This document shows, piece by piece, positions 15,076 to 23,334 of a stretch of DNA of 32,000 nt. The notes beneath the pieces are model-generated. The model was not told the origin of the DNA and did no database searches. It was given only the letters and a program-made list of their open reading frames with translations. The DNA comes from Chloroflexota bacterium. Its GTDB lineage: Bacteria > Chloroflexota > Dehalococcoidia > Lucifugimonadales > Lucifugimonadaceae. The first letter of the stretch is position 1, and the number at the start of each line of letters is the position of its first letter. The stretch lies in assembly GCA_018650185.1 (NCBI GenBank), contig JABIGL010000187.1, forward strand, positions 1,917-33,916. Direction: 5' to 3'. The position numbers were made by a program, and so were the translations under genes.

Positions 15076-15237
15076 ATATCAGGTGGCATTACCCGCCACC
15101 CCAAGTGACGCGAACCCTCCGGAGTCGGAACACTTCTGCTGATTAATTTCGTCGGTTACAGTCGTAAAATCCAATGGGATTGGCACGATTCAACCTTACT
15201 GCCACTTTCATGCCAATGAAACGCTCTCCCGAAAAAA

Positions 15238-16311
15238 TTACTCAGCCACAACGCCCTTTTCCGCAAAGTGCGGCATCACCTCTTCGCTGAACATGCGCAT
15301 GCCGTCCAGCATCTTGCCCTGATCAAGACCCGCTACGCCGAAGGCGCAACGGATTGAGTTGATTCCGAGGGACTGCCAGTGCTCGATTCGCTCGATCACG
15401 ACTTCTGGCGTACCCACCAGCGGCAGGATTCCCGCATCTCGTGCGCTCTGTCCCGCGATGCCTCGGTCCCGGTCCCGGTGCTCCCAGTGCTTGTAATCGT
15501 CGGGCGTCTTCCCGTCGGCGGTCCTCGGGTTACCGACCCGGGCGAAATCCTGTTCGATCACATCCTCTAGCCCTGCGATATCCGACTCCGCCTGCTCCAT
15601 CGTGGGGGCGACGTAGACGTTCACTGCGACCGCCAGGTCGATGTGCTCGTGGGGATTGCCGTAGTGCTCCATCCGGTCGTGCCATAGACGAACCACGTCA
15701 GGCACCTGTCCAATGGCGGCCGTCGGGCCGCCGACGATGATCGGCATATTCTGACTGGCTGCGAAATCGACGCTCTCGGGGCTGGTGCTAACGGCGATGT
15801 GGATCGGGATTCCGCCCTCTTGATGCGGCTTTGGCAGCACATTTACGTCGGTCACATCGATGAAGTCACCCTTGAAGGTCAGCGGCTCCGGCTTCCAGGC
15901 CTGCTTGATGACGGACAGGTACTCACGGAACTTGGCCCGGGCCTCTCCGATATCCAGTCCGTACGCCTCAAACTCCATGCGCTGGTACCCGGCGCCGACC
16001 CCAAGGGTGAGTCGTCCGCCCGAGAGGACGTCCACGGTCGCCGCTTCCTCGGCAATCTGGATTGGGTTGCGGAAGGGCAGTACGACGATGGCGGTGCCGA
16101 TGCGGGCGTTCTTTGTGCGTGCGGCGACGTTCCCAAGCATGGAGAAGATGCCGGAGACGAGTCCGTGGCGTGAGAAGTGGTGCTCGGCGAGCCAGATCTC
16201 GTCCATCCCCATCTCGTCGCCGAGTTCGACCTTCTCCATGGAACGCCTGATGCTGTCTTCAGGGGTTACGTCCTGGTGCCACCGGATAAGCTCGAACTGG
16301 CCGAATTTCAT
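15238..16311 (-). CDS. LLM-class (luciferase-like) flavin-dependent oxidoreductase, paralog 1
   Basis: MKFGQF...DEIWLAEHHFSRHGLVSG...GGRLTLGVGAGYQRMEFEAYG is typical of luciferase-like monooxygenases. GGACCAGAGGA motif 8 nt upstream of the ATG. Confidence 0.88.
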   Translation of the reverse strand: MKFGQFELIRWHQDVTPEDSIRRSMEKVELGDEMGMDEIWLAEHHFSRHGLVSGIFSMLGNVAARTKNARIGTAIVVLPFRNPIQIAEEAATVDVLSGGRLTLGVGAGYQRMEFEAYGLDIGEARAKFREYLSVIKQAWKPEPLTFKGDFIDVTDVNVLPKPHQEGGIPIHIAVSTSPESVDFAASQNMPIIVGGPTAAIGQVPDVVRLWHDRMEHYGNPHEHIDLAVAVNVYVAPTMEQAESDIAGLEDVIEQDFARVGNPRTADGKTPDDYKHWEHRDRDRGIAGQSARDAGILPLVGTPEVVIERIEHWQSLGINSIRCAFGVAGLDQGKMLDGMRMFSEEVMPHFAEKGVVAE

Positions 16312-16448
16312 GATGGGTGTCCTCTGGTCCCGTTGGGCGACGCAGTCTGAGGCGTCAGGGCTTCTTCGTGTCGCACATCTTATGCCCCGGAGCGACGGAG
16401 CGTTGCGTCACCCTTTTCGATCTAGCCGCGGCACACCAGGAGGGCCAA

Positions 16449-17501
16449 TTACGCGAAGTGTGGCATCACCTCATCTGCGAACATTCGCATGCTGTTGAGC
16501 GTCTTGCCCTGGTCAAGCCCGGCCGCTCCAAATGTCCCACGGATGGAGTTGATGCCCAGCGATTGAAGCGCTTCGATCCGCTCGATCAAGACTTCAGGGG
16601 TGCCGATTAGCGGCATGATTCCCACTTCCTGAGCGCCCTTCGCCAGACCGGCACGTTCCTGCTCCCGGTTGGCCCAGTGCCTGTAGCTTTCCGGGACTCG
16701 GCCTGACGAGTCTTTGGGATTGCCGAGCCGCCTGAACTCCTCGTTAATCACGTCCTCCAGCCCGGCCAGGTCTGACTCCGCTTCCTCCATCGTCGGCGCA
16801 ACGTACACGCTCATCCCAACGGCGAGATCGATGTCCTGGTGCGGGTGGCCGTAATGCTCCATCCGCTCGTGCCAGTGTTCGATTATCTCGGGGACCTGTC
16901 CCATCACGGCGGTCGGTCCACCGACCATGATCTGCAGTCCTGTGGAAGCGGCGAAATCTATGCTCTCAGGGCTGGTCGTGACCGCCACCTGTATAGGGAT
17001 GCCGCCCTTCTGTAGCGGCTTGGGGATCACGTTGACCTCCCGGACGTCTATGAAGTCGCCCTTGTAGGTCAGTGGCTCCGGCTCCCACGCCTTCTGGATG
17101 ACCTCGACGTACTCCCGAAACCGCTGTCGGCCTTCTTCGATGTCGACGCCAAGTCCCTCAAACTCTTGCCTCTGATAGCCCGCGCCCACGCCGAGGGAGA
17201 GTCGTCCGCCGGAAAGGATGTCGATGGTCGCGGCTTCTTCAGCCACCTGGATCGGGTGGTGGAAGGGTAGGACGACGACCGCTGTGCCGATGCGAGCGTG
17301 TTTGGTGCGCGCTGCGACGTTGCCGAGCAGGGAGAAGATGCCGGAGATCAGTCCATGACGAGAGAAGTGGTGCTCAGCGATCCAGATCTCGTCCAGCCCG
17401 ATTTCGTCACCGAGCTCAATCTTCTCCATGACCCGGTTGATGCTGTCGGAATCGGTAACGTCCTGGTGCCACCGAAAAACCTCAAATTGGCCAAATTTCA
17501 T
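16449..17501 (-). CDS. LLM-class (luciferase-like) flavin-dependent oxidoreductase, paralog 2
   Basis: 48 of the first 60 residues are identical to paralog 1 by hand count. ATG 17501 (MKFGQF) carries the same GGACCAGAGGA motif 8 nt upstream, so it is preferred over ATG 17510. Confidence 0.88.
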   Translation of the reverse strand: MKFGQFEVFRWHQDVTDSDSINRVMEKIELGDEIGLDEIWIAEHHFSRHGLISGIFSLLGNVAARTKHARIGTAVVVLPFHHPIQVAEEAATIDILSGGRLSLGVGAGYQRQEFEGLGVDIEEGRQRFREYVEVIQKAWEPEPLTYKGDFIDVREVNVIPKPLQKGGIPIQVAVTTSPESIDFAASTGLQIMVGGPTAVMGQVPEIIEHWHERMEHYGHPHQDIDLAVGMSVYVAPTMEEAESDLAGLEDVINEEFRRLGNPKDSSGRVPESYRHWANREQERAGLAKGAQEVGIMPLIGTPEVLIERIEALQSLGINSIRGTFGAAGLDQGKTLNSMRMFADEVMPHFA

Positions 17502-17597
17502 GGAAAGCATCCTCTGGTCCGATTGTGAGATCCGATAGGCGCGTCAAACTCAGGACGGTGAAATGTCTGGTCACGAACGGGGTGCGAGAAGAAATAT

Positions 17598-17673
17598 TGG
17601 TGGAGCTGGCGGGATTCGAACCCGCTACCTCTTCAATGCCATTGAAGCGCTCTCCCGAGTGAGCTACAGCCCC
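17598..17673 (-). tRNA. tRNA-Ala (anticodon GGC), CCA encoded
   Basis: The reverse complement folds as a 76-nt cloverleaf: GGGGCTG TA GCTC ACTCGGGA GAGC G CTTCA ATGGCAT TGAAG AGGTA GCGGG TTCGAAT CCCGC CAGCTCC A CCA. It has the G3:U70 alanine identity pair, anticodon GGC and a TTCGAAT T-loop. Confidence 0.95.
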
Positions 17674-17801
17674 ACAAGCGGCGCTCGACGTGGGTCGGCG
17701 CACTGCGTCAGGAAATCGTATCACGAGGGTCAGGGCGTTGGGGCAAGTGTTGCGCGCTGGTTCTCGTGTTTGGAACCGCGAGAGCGGATCTTTATCCGAC
17801 C

Positions 17802-19127
17802 CTACGACGTTTTTGCGGGTTCCTTGCGTCTGCCTCTTCTACCCGCTGTCTCCTTTGCGACGAAGGCCAGGAGGATTCCTGTGCCGACCAGTAATACGAC
17901 GTTGATGTTGAGGGCAGCGGTCATGCCTGAGGTCTCGGCAACAAAGCCCAGGGCTATCGGGCCGATGATGAAGCCGAGGTCTCCGAAGGTCCGGTAGAGG
18001 CCCATCGCGAGGGAGGTATGTCCCGGCGGGGCGAGGTCTGCGATATACGCCGCAGGTGATGGACCAGCGACGCCGGTGCCAATTCCCATGATGATGGCGG
18101 CGACGAACATCATCTCCACGTTATTGGCGATCGTGAACAGAAACAGGCCAATCCCGGCGAGAAAGATGCTCGGAATCATCACAGGCTTTCTCCCAAATCT
18201 GTCAGACAGCCAACCCGCCGGGAAGACGACGAAGAAGTTGAGGGTGGTCATCACGAACAGCATCACCCCGAGCATCGTCAGACTCATCTCGATCTCATCG
18301 ACGGCGATGATCGGTACCAGTGTTTGACGTGATCCGGTACGGGTCAGGAAAACCATCATGGTGAATAGCCCGACCACGACAAAGGTCGGGTTGCTGAGCA
18401 TGGTTCGGGTGGGAGAGCGAGTCTCCACACGGTCACCTGACTGCGACACCACTGCCGGGACGGGCGTAGGGCTCTCACGCGTCCAGCCGGGTGGGCGATT
18501 AGGCAATCGGAACGCCGTCCACACCGCCGCAGCGGCCGCCAACCCGCCGGCCAGGAAGAAAGGCCAGTCGATTCCCCATGTGTCGGCGACGAAACCGCCC
18601 ATCGGTGGTCCGATGTCCACTCCGAGTAACAGCGCCCCCTGCTGGATGCTCATTAGCTGGGCGCGATTTTGCGTGGTCGCTATGTCGGCCACATACGCCA
18701 TCGCACCCGTCATGAACATCGCCGAACCTGCCCCGGCCACTACACGCCACGCGATCAACTGGACGATCTCAGGCGCAAAGCCACTGCCAACGTTGCCCAC
18801 GGCGGTGATTACAAGCCCGACCGACATCAGAACGGTCCGGCCATATTTGGCGCCTAAAACGCCTGAAGGAATGTTCAGGAACAGCCGTGAGAAGCCGAAC
18901 GCCGCCACCACGAAGCCGATGGATGTGGTTCCAACGTCGTACTCGCTGGCGTACTCGGGCAGCACCGGCGCTATCACGCCCTGCCCCATCATCGATATCG
19001 TCGTCGCCAGCGCTATGGCGGTCATCGCGCGGTTGTCGCGCACAAAACGCGCTGCCCGGACTAATACATTGCCGCTACTCCGTTTAACAGGTGATGACGC
19101 AGTTTGAGTCTTCGGATCGGAACTCAC
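17802..19127 (-). CDS. MFS transporter
   Basis: About 12 predicted hydrophobic segments. GVLGAKYGRTVLM matches the MFS loop 2-3 motif (G-x-L-x-D-R/K-x-G-R-R/K-like). The GTG start overlaps the upstream stop as GTGA. Confidence 0.8.
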   Translation of the reverse strand: MSSDPKTQTASSPVKRSSGNVLVRAARFVRDNRAMTAIALATTISMMGQGVIAPVLPEYASEYDVGTTSIGFVVAAFGFSRLFLNIPSGVLGAKYGRTVLMSVGLVITAVGNVGSGFAPEIVQLIAWRVVAGAGSAMFMTGAMAYVADIATTQNRAQLMSIQQGALLLGVDIGPPMGGFVADTWGIDWPFFLAGGLAAAAAVWTAFRLPNRPPGWTRESPTPVPAVVSQSGDRVETRSPTRTMLSNPTFVVVGLFTMMVFLTRTGSRQTLVPIIAVDEIEMSLTMLGVMLFVMTTLNFFVVFPAGWLSDRFGRKPVMIPSIFLAGIGLFLFTIANNVEMMFVAAIIMGIGTGVAGPSPAAYIADLAPPGHTSLAMGLYRTFGDLGFIIGPIALGFVAETSGMTAALNINVVLLVGTGILLAFVAKETAGRRGRRKEPAKTS

Positions 19128-20227
19128 TCGGGGTCGACCGTCACGGGCGTGGCATCCGGAGGCTGAGGATCTACAGCACCCTTCGGTTGACGGCCGCGTC
19201 TAACGACGAAGGTTTGCCAGGAGACGAACACGCTTCCCCCGACGATGATGATGCTGATCCAACTGATTGATCGGTCGACGATGGTGAGGGTCAGCGCCTG
19301 CGTGTCACCCAGTCCAAGGAAAATCAGGACGCCGGTCAAACCGCCCTCAACAAAACCGAAGCCGCCCGGAGTAGGGATCGTGGACAACACGGCGATGGTG
19401 AGCGCCGCAGACATGATGACGAAGAAGCCGATGTCCAGGCCAAGGCTTTCGGCAACAAAGTAGACACGCCCAATTTCCAATGCCCAGCCGATCCCCCCCA
19501 GCAAGAACTGCAGGGGTAGCTGTCGGGCCTTGAAGCTACCAAGCGCGCCGACCTGGATAGGACGGTAAAACTCTTCGATACGGTCCGGGAGACGATGGGC
19601 TAACCGGTCGCCGTAGTTACGCATCACGATGAGGCCGAGGAGTGTTACTGCGGATACAGCGGCAGCAGCGCCAATTACGTATATGGGCAGCGTGACTTCG
19701 CCGGTGACCAGGAGTCCTATGGCACCGACAACGAGTAGTCCCAGCACGAGCAGGATGTCCTGTGCTCGCTCGCCTAGCAGCGTCCCGAGACTGCTTGCCA
19801 ACGAAATCCGCGTCTCACGATGCAGCGCGTACGCGCGGTAGGCGTCACCCAGCCGGAAGAACGCCACGGAGTTGGCGAACCATCCCATCAGGATGATGGC
19901 CGCGTATTTGAAGTTTCCGATGCCTACGACGTTCGGACCTGCTCCCACACCCGACGCACGTACGATGAGCCGCCAACGGACGCCCCGGAACCAGAAGCTG
20001 GTGTAGTAGAGCACCCCCGCAAACAGGTACGTAAGTGGATCAACACCCTTTACCTGGTCCCACATCTCGCCCCAGTCGATGTCGAATATCCGGAAGGCCG
20101 TTACGCCGAAGACGGCGAGAGCGACGACGCTCACGGCCAGCGTCTTTTTCGAGAACATCCGGTCGCTGAGTTGCGGTCCGTTCCCGTTTGCCGGTGTGTC
20201 AGGAGCCTGTGCGGACGAGCTGCTCAC
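19124..20227 (-). CDS. Flippase-like membrane protein (lysylphosphatidylglycerol synthase TM domain / UPF0104 family)
   Basis: Polytopic membrane protein. YLFAGVLYYTSFWFRGVRWRLIV is the characteristic UPF0104 segment. The GTG start overlaps the rsmG stop as GTGA. Confidence 0.65.
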   Translation of the reverse strand: MSSSSAQAPDTPANGNGPQLSDRMFSKKTLAVSVVALAVFGVTAFRIFDIDWGEMWDQVKGVDPLTYLFAGVLYYTSFWFRGVRWRLIVRASGVGAGPNVVGIGNFKYAAIILMGWFANSVAFFRLGDAYRAYALHRETRISLASSLGTLLGERAQDILLVLGLLVVGAIGLLVTGEVTLPIYVIGAAAAVSAVTLLGLIVMRNYGDRLAHRLPDRIEEFYRPIQVGALGSFKARQLPLQFLLGGIGWALEIGRVYFVAESLGLDIGFFVIMSAALTIAVLSTIPTPGGFGFVEGGLTGVLIFLGLGDTQALTLTIVDRSISWISIIIVGGSVFVSWQTFVVRRGRQPKGAVDPQPPDATPVTVDPE

Positions 20228-21018
20228 GCGCCGCTCTCGGTTTTTCCTGTGGCTTCAGACTCTGCCTTAGCTTTAACTGGCGCGGGCACGCCCAGCGGGC
20301 GCTTGTGCGGGATGCCGGTGCGCCTCGGGAACTGTGCAGGCGTGGACGATACCTTTCGCCACACAACGGCCGTGTCCGGTTCCGCCCGTGAACCAATCGT
20401 GATCGATCGTAATTGCGCCGTTGAAGCACCCAGCTGACCGGCTGCGATCGCAGCGCTCCGGGCTTCTTCCCTCACATCAGAACCTTTTAGAGCTAGCGAG
20501 ATCCCGCCTATCTTGCAAAACGGGAGTGTCAGCTCCGCAAGCTCCGGGAGGCCTGCCACCGCCCGTGACGTGACGAGGTCATACGTCTCGCGGTGCTCGT
20601 TGTTACGCGCCAACTCTTCGGCACGGCCGTGAATCACTTGAACCTGTTCCAACCCCAGGGCCTCGACAACGATGCTCAGGAAATCGGTTTTCTTCCGGGT
20701 GGAGTCGAGCAACGTGACGTGCATCAACGGGAACACGATGGCCAGCGGCAGTCCAGGAATCCCTGCACCGGTTCCAAGGTCCAACAATCGAGAGTTCTCG
20801 CCAAATGAACGGCCGCGTTCGGCCGGTTCCAGTGCGGCCGAAACCTCCAGTGAACGCAGGAACAAATCGTCGCGTACCCGGTCGAGTCCGGTAATCGCAG
20901 TCAGATTTGCCTTCTGACGATGCTCTTCCAGGAGAGCGTGATACGCGACAAATTTTTCGATCTGCGCTTCGTCAATCTGAATACCAGCGGTTCCTGCTTG
21001 TTGAATCAGGCGTTCCAG
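20224..21018 (-). CDS. rsmG: 16S rRNA (guanine527-N7)-methyltransferase RsmG (GidB); start codon unresolved
   Basis: LLDLGTGAGIPGLPLAIVFP (SAM-binding GxGxG), VTLLDSTRKKTDFL, YDLVTSRAVA and a C-terminal PRRTGIPHKRPL tail. The conserved N-terminal 51 codons upstream of TTG 20865 are in frame but contain no ATG/GTG/TTG. The 5' end is placed provisionally at CTG 21016-21018. Confidence 0.8.
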   Translation of the reverse strand: MERLIQQAGTAGIQIDEAQIEKFVAYHALLEEHRQKANLTAITGLDRVRDDLFLRSLEVSAALEPAERGRSFGENSRLLDLGTGAGIPGLPLAIVFPLMHVTLLDSTRKKTDFLSIVVEALGLEQVQVIHGRAEELARNNEHRETYDLVTSRAVAGLPELAELTLPFCKIGGISLALKGSDVREEARSAAIAAGQLGASTAQLRSITIGSRAEPDTAVVWRKVSSTPAQFPRRTGIPHKRPLGVPAPVKAKAESEATGKTESGA

Positions 21019-21075
21019 CGTGCTCTCCGGTTCTCGTGTGCCTCTCGGGCGTAATTTATCCGTCGTTCTCGAGTA

Positions 21076-21164
21076 GTCGGGAATCCAGAAACGGTCTTCG
21101 TATCTTCGGGGCGTAATCCTGGATTAGCGCGTTCTGGATTCCGACATGTGGGGGAATGACGCGG
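21076..21164. repeat. Family D element, second copy (left unit truncated)
   Basis: GTCGGGAATCCAGAAACGG at 21076-21094 and the inverted unit TCTGGATTCCGACATGTGGGGGAATGACGCGG at 21133-21164. Same architecture and spacing as 7906-8011, but lacking the left GTCATTCCC arm. Confidence 0.6.
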
Positions 21165-21317
21165 TTTCAAGCCGAACACTCCAAGTGGTAAAGACGCCTC
21201 AGGATACGCCCGGAGACCGGGCATTCCGTAGGCGAAACATGCGGCGGTTCAAACGATTGGAGCCAAAAGGTTACGAATCATGGATTATCGGGTACCGGAT
21301 TAGCTTGCCATCCCCGT

Positions 21318-21346
21318 TTGACTGACCTTCAGTCCAGTGATATTTT
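21318..21346 (+). promoter_or_regulatory. Candidate sigma-70-type promoter for etfBA (TTGACT-N17-TATTTT)
   Basis: TTGACT at 21318-21323, a 17-nt spacer, TATTTT at 21341-21346, about 100 nt upstream of etfB in an AT-richer spacer. Pattern match only. Confidence 0.3.
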
Positions 21347-21449
21347 GGACTTCCCCGAAATTCGTTAACGCGACCGTCCGGGGAGCGATCTGTCCGGTGC
21401 GATCTGCGCCGTGGCGAAACGACCATGAGCACGATACGGAGAGGTGCGG

Positions 21450-22247
21450 TTGGCGCTTCGAATCGCAGTTTGCGTGAAGCAGGTACCGGACCCGGAAACC
21501 CCCGCATCGGCGTTCAACGTTGACGAATCCGTCAACCGCGTTGTTCCCGCGCCGGGTATTCCTCCAGTAGTTAATGGTTTCGACCTTCACGCGGTTGAAG
21601 CTGCTTTGCGCATCAAAGACACAGGTGACGCGGAAGTCACCGTTCTCGCAGTCGGAAACGATTTCGTCATGGATGTCATGAAGAAGCCGCTTTCTATGGG
21701 CGCGGACACGTTGGTCCTGGCAGAAGACCCCGCCCTGGAAGATCTCGATGCGGTGGGCACCGTGAACGTGCTGGCAGCGATGATCGAAAAGACGGGACCG
21801 TTTGACCTGATCCTCGCAGGACGACAAGCGTCCGATTGGGACCAGGCACACGTGCCGCTGGGACTTGCCGAGAGGATGGGACTCCCATCCGTAACACTTG
21901 CCCGCAACGTAGAACCCCAGGACGGCAAGGTTCGGGTTGAACGCGCTTTGACCGACGGCTACCAGGTCGTCGAAGCACCGACCCCGGCCGTTATTACCGT
22001 GAGTAACGAAATTGGTGAAGCCCGCTACCCAACATTGCGGGGCATCATGGCGGCGTCCAGAAAGCAGCCAGAACGGTTGACCCTGGATGATCTCGGTCTT
22101 TCGGCCGAGTCGCTGCAACCTGCTCTATCGCTCAAGAGGCTGTTCATTCCGGAGAGCGAGAGCCAGGTGGAAATTATCGAAGGCGAAGATGAGGCGGACG
22201 CAGGCCGAAAGTTGGCCCTCCGTCTCCGAGAGTTGAATCTAATTTAA
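21450..22247 (+). CDS. etfB: Electron transfer flavoprotein, beta subunit
   Basis: LRIAVCVKQVPDPETP...LILAGRQASDWDQAHVP are typical EtfB motifs. TTG 21450 lies 6 nt after GGAGAG; GTG 21444 is an alternative. Confidence 0.9.
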   Translation: MALRIAVCVKQVPDPETPASAFNVDESVNRVVPAPGIPPVVNGFDLHAVEAALRIKDTGDAEVTVLAVGNDFVMDVMKKPLSMGADTLVLAEDPALEDLDAVGTVNVLAAMIEKTGPFDLILAGRQASDWDQAHVPLGLAERMGLPSVTLARNVEPQDGKVRVERALTDGYQVVEAPTPAVITVSNEIGEARYPTLRGIMAASRKQPERLTLDDLGLSAESLQPALSLKRLFIPESESQVEIIEGEDEADAGRKLALRLRELNLI

Positions 22248-23240
22248 ATGTCTGGAATTCTCGTAATCGGAGAGGTCCAGGACGGCGCAATCGCTCCCGT
22301 GTCCGCTGAGTTGCTGGCAGCTGCCCGCAAACTTGCTGATGAGGGAGTCGGTGGAGGCATAAGCCTTGCCGTCATGGGCGACGACCTGTCAGGTGTCTCG
22401 GCGGCGCAGGCCCCGGGCGCAGACAGCATCGTCTTGATATCCAACCCGGCGCTAAAAGATGGCGGAACCGGTGGCTACGACGCCCCGGTGCTTGCGGTCG
22501 CGGCGCTGAATGAAAGCAAATCACCTGATGTCATCCTGTTTGCCAAGACGGACTTCGGCGCGGTCGCAGGACCACGACTGGCGTTCAAGCTGGGTGTACC
22601 GGTAGCGCAGGACTGCATAGACATCGCCGTCGACTCCGAAACGGGTCGAGTCGCGGTGACACGACCAGTGTTTGGCGGCAACGCCCTGGCTGTGTACGGC
22701 TTCAATGGCGATGGAACGCAGATCGCGACCATCAGGCCGGGAGTGTTCGACCCTATCGAGGGCGAAGGTTCCGGCTCTGTCGAAGAGTTCGATGCATCCG
22801 AGGCGGTTTCCGAAGTACGGTCAACGCTGGTCGAGACGGTCGTACAACAGAGTGAGGGTGTGCGTCTTGAGGACGCCGACTTCATTATTTCCGGTGGACG
22901 CGGACTTGGCGGACCGGAGCCGTTTGAACAGCTCCAGGAACTGGCCGACGTCCTTGGCGGAGCGGTCGGCGCATCGCGCGCTGCCTGCGATGCGGGGTGG
23001 GTCGATCACAGTTACCAGATCGGTTTGACCGGCAAGAGCGTCAAGCCAACCGTTTACCTGAGCGTCGGTATCTCCGGCGCATCGCAGCACATGGCGGGAC
23101 TGTCCGGCGCACGAAATATCGTGGCCATCAATAAGGACGGCGATGCCAACATCTTCAAGTCAGCACGGTTCGGGGTCGTTGGGGACTGGGAGAAGGTTCT
23201 CCCGGCCTTTACGGCCACCGTTCGTGACCTCGCAGGTTAG
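22248..23240 (+). CDS. etfA: Electron transfer flavoprotein, alpha subunit
   Basis: ISGGRGLG...GASRAACDAGWVDHSYQIGLTGKSVKPTVYLSVGISGASQHMAG is the EtfA FAD-binding signature. The ATG immediately follows the etfB TAA. Confidence 0.92.
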   Translation: MSGILVIGEVQDGAIAPVSAELLAAARKLADEGVGGGISLAVMGDDLSGVSAAQAPGADSIVLISNPALKDGGTGGYDAPVLAVAALNESKSPDVILFAKTDFGAVAGPRLAFKLGVPVAQDCIDIAVDSETGRVAVTRPVFGGNALAVYGFNGDGTQIATIRPGVFDPIEGEGSGSVEEFDASEAVSEVRSTLVETVVQQSEGVRLEDADFIISGGRGLGGPEPFEQLQELADVLGGAVGASRAACDAGWVDHSYQIGLTGKSVKPTVYLSVGISGASQHMAGLSGARNIVAINKDGDANIFKSARFGVVGDWEKVLPAFTATVRDLAG

Positions 23241-23334
23241 GCTCCCAGAGCCTGTACGATTAGTTAACCCCCCAACACCGGATGGCAGACTACGGGTCTG
23301 CTGACCGGAGACACTCGAAAGGCAGGGTGGCGAT

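Noticed and set aside
15082-15100. GGTGGC-N7-GCCACC hairpin after the orphan gene stop, and the AATCC-N4-GGATT hairpin at 15169-15182, as terminators.
   Set aside because: The stems are short (5-6 bp) and lack a convincing T-tract. That is too weak to call.
17511-17801. tRNA-Ala as an integration site for a genomic island (the LLM pair or the low-GC orphan).
   Set aside because: I found no second copy of the tRNA 3' end (GGTTCGAATCCCGCCAGCTCCACCA or its complement) elsewhere in the window. There is no integrase, the LLM genes have host-like GC, and the low-GC gene is 2.5 kb away from the tRNA.
21019-21449. Replication origin next to rsmG (gidB is often oriC-proximal); TTATCC-containing sequences at 21056-21064 and around 17787.
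   Set aside because: Only the TTATCC core matches the DnaA box consensus (about 6 of 9 positions). There is no cluster of boxes, no AT-rich unwinding element, and no dnaA/dnaN/parAB/mnmG genes nearby.
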